55,134 bases of DNA from an uncultured Gammaproteobacteria bacterium. GTDB lineage: Bacteria > Patescibacteriota > Microgenomatia > UBA8517. Made by a program: the position numbers and the translations under genes. The stretch is from assembly GCA_964645605.1 (NCBI GenBank), contig CAZYCE010000003.1, positions 1-55,134 of the forward strand, written 5' to 3'. The notes below the pieces were generated by a model. It did not search any database and was not told the origin of the DNA. It saw nothing but the letters and a program-made list of their open reading frames with translations. Below, one piece after another: positions 45,241 through 53,547 of the stretch. Each line of letters begins with the position of its first letter. The stretch's first letter is position 1.

Positions 45241-45726
45241 ATGATCAAGTGTAAATACGAAAATGGAGATGAAGTCAGTTTAAGGCATGTTGTAACCGGC
45301 GCTCTTATTGTGAGAGACGGCAAAATTCTTCTTGAAAAACGCGGCACTTTTAACGGCAAGCCAATGGCAGAATCCGGTAAATGGGCGATAATCGGGGGCT
45401 ATCTGGATAGGGATGAAAATTTAGAAGAAGGGTTAAGACGGGAAATTTATGAAGAAACAGGTTGGGAGGTTGGGGGTCTCACGCTTTTGCATATAAACGA
45501 CGCACCCGACAGACGCAATAATGAAGACAGGCAAAATGTAGCGGTTATTTATTTTGCCGAGCCTTTGAAAGAGAATTCGGTTACTTCGGAAGAAGTGGCA
45601 GATCTTGAGTGGTTTGATTTAGACAGTCTCCCATCGGAGAAAGAATTTGCTTTTGATCATTACGACGAACTTTCACTTTACAAAAAATACCTTCAGGAAG
45701 ATTTTCCTCTCCCGGTAATAGGTTAG
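45241..45726 (+). CDS. NUDIX hydrolase
   Basis: GGYLDRDENLEEGLRREIYEETG; AFDH. Confidence 0.92.
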   Translation: MIKCKYENGDEVSLRHVVTGALIVRDGKILLEKRGTFNGKPMAESGKWAIIGGYLDRDENLEEGLRREIYEETGWEVGGLTLLHINDAPDRRNNEDRQNVAVIYFAEPLKENSVTSEEVADLEWFDLDSLPSEKEFAFDHYDELSLYKKYLQEDFPLPVIG

Positions 45727-45773
45727 CCGTCCTTCTTCGATCCATTGATGGATTGGAGTGGTGGAGGACAATA

Positions 45774-46020
45774 TCACCCGAGTTTAAATCCCTGAGAGAT
45801 CCCGTAATTTACAAATCTGTTAATATCCAAAGTTGTGTCCGCGATTTTGGAATCCTTAAAATCAACCCCTTCGATTTACACTCCTCCAAAAAAGGAGGTA
45901 TTCGCAAAGTTCAGTGAGCTTATCTTACTACTCGGAAACTTACACTCTGAGAAGCTGACAAAGTCGAGAAAGCTTTTTAAAAAATCACAGGACTTGAATG
46001 TAAATTTGGGAAATCGATAA
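45774..46020 (-). pseudogene. Pentapeptide-repeat protein remnant
   Basis: FKSCDFLKSFLDFVSFSECKF...LNFANTSF..GV*IEGVDFKDSKI; in-frame TAA at 45876-45878, no start. Confidence 0.6.
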
Positions 46021-46415
46021 GCTTTAAAGTGATCCTTGTAAACTTGCGGGATTCAAAAATGTACACATTTTCGTGTTGTAGGCTTCATTGATTTGATCCA
46101 TGACTGAATGTCCACCACCAGTTGCACCTTGTGGTGTGTAAGAGGCTTTTATTTGTTCTGCTGTTTGGAAATTTTGTCCGCCCTGCGGTAGATACTCTTG
46201 AGGTTGAAAATTGACCAAAGTTAAGCCTCCCTGCCAATTGGTGGGAGTGCTGGAACCCTGAACATGCTCGGTATATCCAATATCAGGGGTAGGAATCACA
46301 CCAAACAGTTTTATACTACCTCAGTGGATGGGTGCATCTCCCTGTAAGGTTTTACCTTGGAGTAAATTTGAGATAAATATCCCATATGTTTGATTTATAG
46401 TATTACAATTAAGTT

Positions 46416-46895
46416 GTGAAAAGAGTCTATGTAATGGTCTTGGTCGGTTTAGCCCTGATAATCGGGACTTATTTTCTGTGGTTCCCTCCTATAAAAGGAA
46501 ATTCCACTATTCCGGTACCAACTCCAATACAAAACCTCGATTCTGATAAACTTTTTCAGCTCGTCAACGAGTGGCGAACTCAAAATGGTTATCAGCCTTA
46601 TATAATTGATGAAAGACTTTGTAAAATAGCTTCGGATAGAGCAGATGACGGTAATGATAATCACAAAGGTTTCTGGATGAAATACTCGAACTATCCTTAT
46701 GTGATCTCGGAAAACGATGTTTATGGAAATACTCCTTATGTAAATGAAAACAACGCCATGTTGTCTTGGTTAGATTCACCAAAACATTTAGAAAATCTGG
46801 AAAAACCTTATACATATTCCTGTATCCGTTGTTACAAGAATGATTGTTCTCAAATCTTCTCGTCTTTCAAGACCGATCCTGCAAATCCTTATTAA
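46416..46895 (+). CDS. CAP (SCP/Tpx-1/Ag5/PR-1) domain protein with N-terminal TM
   Basis: LVNEWR..NG, LC..A..RA, H.GF, SEN, WL.SP.H..NL. Confidence 0.88.
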   Translation: MKRVYVMVLVGLALIIGTYFLWFPPIKGNSTIPVPTPIQNLDSDKLFQLVNEWRTQNGYQPYIIDERLCKIASDRADDGNDNHKGFWMKYSNYPYVISENDVYGNTPYVNENNAMLSWLDSPKHLENLEKPYTYSCIRCYKNDCSQIFSSFKTDPANPY

Positions 46896-46922
46896 AGAGC
46901 CACTAATTTTAGACAACAAAAA

Positions 46923-46942
46923 AACCGCCGACGTTGGCGGTT
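46923..46942. terminator. Hairpin terminator, A-tract on left
   Basis: AACCGCC-GACGTT-GGCGGTT preceded by A7. Confidence 0.7.
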
Positions 46943-47373
46943 GAAATTAGTTTTCTAACCTGAGCTGTGTTTTGTCACACGAAACAAAATTCCGTCAACT
47001 ATTAATAATCACCTTTACCTTTTTCTTAACAGATTATTTCCCCATCAACCACAGATGAAGATTCAAACATTCCTCCGCCACTTGGAGCAAGAAAAGCGGC
47101 ACTTCTGTTCTGAAGGTCGCTTAACATCTGTTTAATTCTTGTTCCTGCGGCTTGGACATCTAATCCTACCTGTTGTTTTCTGGTACCCAATTCCTGTACA
47201 CGGTTGCCTCTCTCGGCTTCGGTTGCGGCTCTGGCCGCTTCTGCCTCACTTTGGAGTTGGGATCTTCCTGCGGCGGCTGTTGATTGAGCACCCGATTCAA
47301 TCTGATTAAATGTACCCGTAAAAACCATGTCCGTTCGTGTCCTCCTCGCCGAATACCTTATTTCTTGCAATCA

Positions 47374-47835
47374 TTAACCAGTGGTAGCATCAAAAGATTT
47401 TAGGTCCGAGATTATTTCCGAAGAGTGTTTTAGGGGATTTACTTTTTCGTAAAATTTTTTTATTTCTCCCTTCGGATCTATCAAATATGTATTCCTGAGT
47501 GTTCCCTCAAATTCTCTACCCATAAATTTCTTTACACCCCAGGATTTGTAAGCCTTTATAACTTTCTTTGTCTCGTCACTCAAAATTGGAAAATTCAGAT
47601 TGTATTTTTCAGCAAACTTTTTATGCGAGGCAACGGAGTCCTTAGAGACACCAATTATCCGGACTCCCATTTTCTGTAGGAGATGATATGAATCCCTGAA
47701 GTTGCAGGCTTCAGTGGTGCAGCCGGGAGTATCGTCTTTAGGATAAAAATACAAAACTACCCAATTACCCTTATAATCCGAAAGGGAGTGCCTTTCTCCG
47801 TTTTGATCGGGAAGCGTAAAGTCTTTTGCTTTCAT
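47374..47835 (-). CDS. bcp: Peroxiredoxin (BCP/PrxQ)
   Basis: YFYPKDDTPGCTTEAC. Confidence 0.95.
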   Translation of the reverse strand: MKAKDFTLPDQNGERHSLSDYKGNWVVLYFYPKDDTPGCTTEACNFRDSYHLLQKMGVRIIGVSKDSVASHKKFAEKYNLNFPILSDETKKVIKAYKSWGVKKFMGREFEGTLRNTYLIDPKGEIKKFYEKVNPLKHSSEIISDLKSFDATTG

Positions 47836-47869
47836 AACTATATAGTACGCAGGTTTTCTTAAAGGAAGC

Positions 47870-48547
47870 TTAAGGCAGTCTTTGGAAGCTTTCTTTTTGA
47901 AGCATCCCGATCTTTTTCTCCAGAAGTAACGAAAGACTCTTGACCCTGCCTTGATCGTTCACATTTCCCCTGAAACGGATCGGTTTTCCTATTGTCAGGG
48001 CATAAGGTCCTTTTAGGTACCATTTTCCCATTTCTTGGACACCCTTTATTATCGATTTTATAAATCTGACATTCTTTTTCCTGATCCCTATGCCGATAGG
48101 AATGATCGGTTTTCCGGAAGCAAGAGCTAGTCTTATTGCACCGGTTTTGGGCTTATCTACTTTCTGAACAAACTTGCTTAAACCTCCTTCAATAAAAACA
48201 ATTACAGTTATACCTTCATTAAGCTTTTTTAGGGCGCTCTCAAAAGCCTCGATTCCTCTGCCGTCCCGGACTGGAATATGCCCTGCCCAGTGCAGGTATT
48301 TTCCGAAAACCGGTACGTCAAAAAGTGTGTCTTTAATAAGTACGGCTGCCTGCCCGTTGGAAATGGAAGTTAAAAGAAAGGGGTCGGAGGTTGTGGGATG
48401 GTTGGCAACAATTATCTTTGCTCCTCCCGGGATCCGTGAGTACGAATTTACACTCATTCTGAGCATGAATTTAGAATAAGCTTTCACCAACTTTCCGCCT
48501 GCCTGGTAGAGGATATTATTGAGTATCAAGTAAGAACCAGTATACAT
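47870..48547 (-). CDS. Lysophospholipid acyltransferase (PlsC-like)
   Basis: ANHPTTSD, GHIPV, FIEG, IIPIG. Confidence 0.88.
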   Translation of the reverse strand: MYTGSYLILNNILYQAGGKLVKAYSKFMLRMSVNSYSRIPGGAKIIVANHPTTSDPFLLTSISNGQAAVLIKDTLFDVPVFGKYLHWAGHIPVRDGRGIEAFESALKKLNEGITVIVFIEGGLSKFVQKVDKPKTGAIRLALASGKPIIPIGIGIRKKNVRFIKSIIKGVQEMGKWYLKGPYALTIGKPIRFRGNVNDQGRVKSLSLLLEKKIGMLQKESFQRLP

Positions 48548-48624
48548 TATTTGTTCTCCTCAGTTTGATTTCAGCAAAGATCAGTATACTGTCGAGCAAT
48601 AAGAGAGAAGGTGAAGAAACAAAA

Positions 48625-48900
48625 ATGATGAACTATTACGGTGGTTGGGGAATGATGAGACATCCCGCAGTCGGCTTGGGTTGGGTTATCGGTCTCCTGT
48701 TTTGGATCGCAGTGGGGATGCTTTTTATGCTTATTATTAAAAGTTTATTTTTTCGCGATTCCGGAAAGTGGCATGGGGATGTTGATGAAAATGCAGGCAA
48801 GGAAAAAACTGAGACGGCAGTAGATATCCTAAAAAAAAGATACGCAAAGGGAGAAATAACCCTGAAGGAATACGAGAAGATGAAGAAAGATATACAATAG
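48625..48900 (+). CDS. SHOCT-domain membrane protein
   Basis: YGGWGMM, TM helix, ILKKRYAKGEI..EYEKMK. Confidence 0.88.
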   Translation: MMNYYGGWGMMRHPAVGLGWVIGLLFWIAVGMLFMLIIKSLFFRDSGKWHGDVDENAGKEKTETAVDILKKRYAKGEITLKEYEKMKKDIQ

Positions 48901-48903
48901 AGA

Positions 48904-49758
48904 ATGAAAGGGGTGGAACTTATGGAACGGATGGAACAAAAAGTCAATGAGGTTAAAGGCCTCTACCTTAGGCTTGATTTGCAGGGCGTGGCCCAAAAAT
49001 TGGGAAGGCCTCTTGTGATTTCCAACTATGTTTGTGATTTGAATGACGTGATTGCAAAGAGGGACAAGGGTGGTGAGTTTCAAGTGGCACGCGAGCTTAA
49101 AAACGACTCAGACTGGAGGCTTTTTCAGGAGCTTACGGCCCAGTCGGACGTAATTATTACCGGGGCCGGGTATCTGAAAAGGTATGCCGCAATGGGTGAA
49201 AAAGCGGAAAATGTGATAGACCAATTTTCAAAAGGTGGTGAATTTGCCTCGCTGGGTGAGTGGAGGGAGAGTCGTGGTTTGAAAAGAAATCCCGATATAG
49301 TTGTTGTCAGCCGTGGTCTGGATTTTGAAATACCGGCGGCCGCTTTCAGGGACAACCGGAAAGTTATTGTGTTTACCACTACCGATGCCGCAGCTTCTCA
49401 AAGGGCAAAAGATTATCAAAAAATGGGGGTGGAGCTAATAGGAGCAGGCAAGGTGGGGGTTGACGGAAAAATAATGATAGATCACTTGAGACGCCGTAAT
49501 TATAAAGTTATAAAAATGACTACAGGACCCAGGGTTTTGGACATTCTTTTAAAAGCGGATATGATGGACGAAATTTTTATTACAAGAGTCCAAAGGGAGA
49601 TAAAGGCAGATCCAGCCGATGTCCAAACAGTCTTAGGTGAAAAGAAATTGGAGAATCTGCGGGGGTTTAAGTATAAACGTCTTTTTTATCAGGATGAAGT
49701 CACGGCTTCCGACGGACAAATGATTTCCCAGGACTTCGGAGTTTACCAAAAAACTTAA
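48904..49758 (+). CDS. RibD C-terminal / dihydrofolate reductase-fold protein
   Basis: DVIITGAGY, P.IVVVSR, MDEIFIT; tentative. Confidence 0.7.
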   Translation: MKGVELMERMEQKVNEVKGLYLRLDLQGVAQKLGRPLVISNYVCDLNDVIAKRDKGGEFQVARELKNDSDWRLFQELTAQSDVIITGAGYLKRYAAMGEKAENVIDQFSKGGEFASLGEWRESRGLKRNPDIVVVSRGLDFEIPAAAFRDNRKVIVFTTTDAAASQRAKDYQKMGVELIGAGKVGVDGKIMIDHLRRRNYKVIKMTTGPRVLDILLKADMMDEIFITRVQREIKADPADVQTVLGEKKLENLRGFKYKRLFYQDEVTASDGQMISQDFGVYQKT

Positions 49759-49771
49759 CGGGAATAGGATT

Positions 49772-50905
49772 TTAGACTTTTGGATTCAAACTTGGCCTAG
49801 TAAACGTCCGGAGAGCCAATGCTCCAAGTCCCACCCAAAGAACGGCAAGTGAAGTAAGTGTTCCGATCACGGGGATCGCCTTCAAAATATAAATTATCAA
49901 AAGCCCAAAAGCCATTATCCAAAAGACAGAAAGTTTATTCCATTTAAGTTTGGCCAAAATCCAATTTCCTAAAGCAAACCCGACAACGATCTTTGCAAGG
50001 TAGATTCCAATCATCAGCAGCAGGAGGGCAACCCCGGCAAGAGGAAGTCCGATTATTGTGATGGCCACGACAGTGAAAGCAGGAAGTGCGGCAACGGTTA
50101 TCAAAAACCCCGTACCGAAACTTTTCCAGAATAACCTTGAAATCGTTTCAGCAGACATTGTTAAGTGAATCCTAAATAATTTAAGATACAGATAACCTAT
50201 GACAAGGGCCCCCAGGAATGAAATAAGCTTTATTCCTGGATCGACGACTGTAAATGCGGAAGCAACCTGACTTTTTGATACTTGGGGGACCGGGGTAAGC
50301 CGTGGCGTTGACTTATAAATTCCTCCCGTAATTTTGGTCTCGGGGGAAATTTGTATATCGTTAAAGTTTCCGCTTCCGCCCACCTGATGGTAGAGATTTT
50401 TGCCAATGATCGCATTGGCGCCTATCGTTGCCGCTCTTGCCCTGATGTAAACATTTCTTTTGACTTGCGAATCAATTGAAATATTTCCGGATCCGGCCAA
50501 AATTGAACCTGAAACGACAGAGTCCTTGTCAAGGCTTATATTTCCGGCTCCCACAATAAGAGAGCCACCGAGAATTGCGGAGTTCAGACTGATGTTTGCG
50601 GCGCCGACATAACTGTTGCCTTTTACGCTACCTCCCAGGATAGCCGAGTTGGCTCCTATATGAAGATTACCGTTTATAATCCCGTTGACGATTACGGTTT
50701 GCCCAGCCGCAAAAACATCCCCATTTACGGTTCCGTCGATAGTAACGGACTGTCCTCCCGCAAAAAGATCATCATTAATTACTTCGTTTTCAGCTACAGC
50801 AACGCTGCCGTTTTCGCTGGTTCTTGTTTCGGCGGAAACTTTAGTTGTGGCGAAGCAGAAGAACAACACCAGGAATATTAAACTTGATTTAAGGATTTTA
50901 TTCAT
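49772..50905 (-). CDS. Bactofilin-like beta-helix protein with C-terminal TM segments
   Basis: Signal peptide, repeated I.G.V.GD/G.I.GN units, hydrophobic C-terminus. Confidence 0.8.
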   Translation of the reverse strand: MNKILKSSLIFLVLFFCFATTKVSAETRTSENGSVAVAENEVINDDLFAGGQSVTIDGTVNGDVFAAGQTVIVNGIINGNLHIGANSAILGGSVKGNSYVGAANISLNSAILGGSLIVGAGNISLDKDSVVSGSILAGSGNISIDSQVKRNVYIRARAATIGANAIIGKNLYHQVGGSGNFNDIQISPETKITGGIYKSTPRLTPVPQVSKSQVASAFTVVDPGIKLISFLGALVIGYLYLKLFRIHLTMSAETISRLFWKSFGTGFLITVAALPAFTVVAITIIGLPLAGVALLLLMIGIYLAKIVVGFALGNWILAKLKWNKLSVFWIMAFGLLIIYILKAIPVIGTLTSLAVLWVGLGALALRTFTRPSLNPKV

Positions 50906-50983
50906 AACTTATAATTAATTATATACTTAATTGCGGACTATTTCTCAAGCAGCGAAACACTATACAGGTTATAATTTCCATAT

Positions 50984-51427
50984 ATGACCAAAACGGAAAG
51001 GGCTGAACCATTTAGAGAAAACCCCCTGATGCAAAGACTTCTTTCCCTGAATCTTCCCGCCAAGGACTATGCTGTGTTTGGCAGTGCTCCGATGGCTCTT
51101 CACGGATTGAAAACTCTAAAAAACGACATTGATGTAATTGCCAGGGGAGAAGCCTGGGAGAAAGCAAAGGAACATTGTTTTCCGGAAGAGTCTCCAATGA
51201 GGTCCGGTAATTTTCTTAAGCTTTTTGACGGAAAAATTGAAATTTATCACTGTTGGTTTCCCAAAGACGCGTGGAATGTTGATGAGCTTATTGATAATGC
51301 CGAAGTGGTGGACGGTGTGAGATATGTAAGACTTGAGGATGTTCTGAAATATAAAAAATCCCGCAATGCCCCTAAAGATAAAGCAGACATCGAGGCTCTT
51401 GAAAGATATTTGACCCAAACACATTAA
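50984..51427 (+). CDS. Hypothetical nucleotidyltransferase-fold protein
   Basis: YAVFGS...NDIDV...KD..DI pattern. Confidence 0.65.
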   Translation: MTKTERAEPFRENPLMQRLLSLNLPAKDYAVFGSAPMALHGLKTLKNDIDVIARGEAWEKAKEHCFPEESPMRSGNFLKLFDGKIEIYHCWFPKDAWNVDELIDNAEVVDGVRYVRLEDVLKYKKSRNAPKDKADIEALERYLTQTH

Positions 51428-51429
51428 AC

Positions 51430-52443
51430 ATGACAATTGTCCAAAAAATAATATCCGGTTATATGGCATTTATTACCGTTATTACGGGTCTTTTTAGACC
51501 CGATATCAGCCCTTCCATGCAGAATGCCGCAACCGCTCCTCAAAATCCCTTAACCGTCGGGTGCATGAGGCAAAAAAATTATCCGGGAAGCGATATCACC
51601 ATCGAAGAAACTTTGACTCCGGAAAGTACCTACAACCGCTACATTGCCTCGTATATGTCTGACGGGCTCAAAATTTATGCCCTGCTTCTGGTGCCGAGCG
51701 GCGCTACACCATCCGGCGGTTGGCCGGTTATTATTCTGAACCATGGTTATATTGTTCCCGAGCGCTACACCCCTGACGGGAATTACATTGCCTATGCGGA
51801 TGCTTTTGCCCGTGCCGGCTACATTGTTTTCAAACCGAACTACCGCGGTAACGGAAAAAGTGAAGGGGAACCTACAGGTGCTTATTTTTCACCCGATTAT
51901 ATAACCGATGATCTGAATGCTATTGCTTCCGTCAAAAAATATCCATCTGCAAATCCGGACAAAATCGGTGTTTGGGGCCACTCAATGGGAGGCTTTATCA
52001 CCCTTAAGGATATTGTGATTAATACCCGAGACATCAAAGCGGCCGTAATTTGGGGAGGAGTGGTGGGGACTTACAACGACATACTCTATGACTGGCAAAA
52101 CAGAGTTTCTTATAAACCCAATGCGGAGGATTTGAGGCTTAGAGGTCAAAATCGGGATATGCTTCTCAAAACTTACGGTACCCCGGCTGAAAATCCCACG
52201 TTTTGGAATTCTATAGATCCAAACTCTTTTTTAAATGATATTACAACCCCTGTCCAAATTAATGTGGGTCTTGCGGATACTCAGGTTCCGCCCGATTTTT
52301 CAACAGGGCTTTATGAAAGGCTAAAGTCAGCCGGAAAGACAGTTGAATATTTTGAATATCAGGGAGCCAATCACGATATAAATCAAAGTTTTAACACGGC
52401 AATGAAAAGGACAATTGACTTCTTTAACCTGTATTTGAAGTAA
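51430..52443 (+). CDS. Alpha/beta hydrolase (prolyl oligopeptidase/S9-like)
   Basis: NHG, PNYRGNG.SEG, GHSMGG, D..V, H. Confidence 0.92.
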   Translation: MTIVQKIISGYMAFITVITGLFRPDISPSMQNAATAPQNPLTVGCMRQKNYPGSDITIEETLTPESTYNRYIASYMSDGLKIYALLLVPSGATPSGGWPVIILNHGYIVPERYTPDGNYIAYADAFARAGYIVFKPNYRGNGKSEGEPTGAYFSPDYITDDLNAIASVKKYPSANPDKIGVWGHSMGGFITLKDIVINTRDIKAAVIWGGVVGTYNDILYDWQNRVSYKPNAEDLRLRGQNRDMLLKTYGTPAENPTFWNSIDPNSFLNDITTPVQINVGLADTQVPPDFSTGLYERLKSAGKTVEYFEYQGANHDINQSFNTAMKRTIDFFNLYLK

Positions 52444-52451
52444 TTTCCCTT

Positions 52452-53483
52452 ATGAAAGAACGTACTAAATCGATCGACTCCTTAAGGACTATAGCAATTC
52501 TGGGGGTGCTTTTAATCCACACAACTACACGTACTCTTGAAGCCTCAGGATTTAATATCTACGCATTTTCATGGACGCTTTTCCTAAACCAAATAGTCCG
52601 CTTTGCGGTTCCTCTTTTCTTGATAATTTCCGGTTTCGTACTGGAACTGAGCAACAGGCCTGAAACTTATTGGTCTTTTATCAAAAGAAGATTCTCAAAA
52701 ATTTTTATTCCCTATACGGTCTGGAGCGTTTTTTATTATTTTATTATTTATAATCAAAATCACGACAGTTTTCTCAAAGTAATTTTAATCGGGAACGCCT
52801 CATATCAACTTTATTTTATTCCCACACTTTGTATTTTTTATCTTTTATTTCCGCTCATTCACAAAATTAATAAATACATTTCAAATAAATTTATTTTGTC
52901 TCTAATACTTCTGTCTCAAGTGTTTTTCCTTTATAAGGATTACTTTATAAGAGAGCTCGATCTTCCTGATCCGGTACATATTGCAATTCTTTCCTATTTC
53001 TTTTTTGTGATCGGTATTGTTGCCGCCGGAAACATGAATAGGATAAATCTCATCGTAAACAAATGGAAATATATGCTTTTCGGGACAACCATGCTTTTGG
53101 GACCGTACGTTTTTTGGGAGGGGAGAAGCAGGTATCTCGCTACGGGTAATTACCTTGCCTACTATTCACAGTGGCGCCCGAGTATCCTTCTTTATACTAT
53201 TCTAATAGCTTTAACTTTTTATTATCTTTTTGAACACACAAAGTTTAAAGATTTCGTCATTGCCGAGCTTTCGAAACACTCGTTTTTTGTCTTTTTTGTC
53301 CATGTTGCTGTGTTGGAAATGTTTTGGAGTTTAGTAGGAAAAAATTTGTTTAGCTTATTTGGTACTAACCCGGTAGGTAAAATCCTTTTTGACCCCATAT
53401 TTTACCTGATTGTGACGGTTCTATCTTTTGGCCTGGCCTATATTGTCCACAAAATTCCAAAAGTCGGAAGATACCTGGGTTAA
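52452..53483 (+). CDS. Acyltransferase_3 family (OafA-like) membrane acyltransferase
   Basis: IDSLRTIAILGVLLIH, RFAVPLF.IISG, YQLYFI. Confidence 0.9.
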   Translation: MKERTKSIDSLRTIAILGVLLIHTTTRTLEASGFNIYAFSWTLFLNQIVRFAVPLFLIISGFVLELSNRPETYWSFIKRRFSKIFIPYTVWSVFYYFIIYNQNHDSFLKVILIGNASYQLYFIPTLCIFYLLFPLIHKINKYISNKFILSLILLSQVFFLYKDYFIRELDLPDPVHIAILSYFFFVIGIVAAGNMNRINLIVNKWKYMLFGTTMLLGPYVFWEGRSRYLATGNYLAYYSQWRPSILLYTILIALTFYYLFEHTKFKDFVIAELSKHSFFVFFVHVAVLEMFWSLVGKNLFSLFGTNPVGKILFDPIFYLIVTVLSFGLAYIVHKIPKVGRYLG

Positions 53484-53547
53484 TGGGGCGGGAGTTGCTC
53501 TCCTTATTAATAAGTATTATGATTCTAGCTTGTTCATTTTAAAGTAA

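Larger units (their letters stand above)
46024..47370. mobile_element. Probable prophage relic (two gene fragments flanking a moron-like CAP gene)
   Basis: Truncated Q/G/T/A-rich ORFs at 46024-46299 and 47026-47370; inverted single gene with own promoter and hairpin; no hallmark phage gene seen. Confidence 0.45.

Noticed and set aside
50910-50923. Perfect 14-bp palindrome TATAATTAATTATA
   Set aside because: Pure A/T in an AT-rich intergenic region; no regulator or second copy to support an operator
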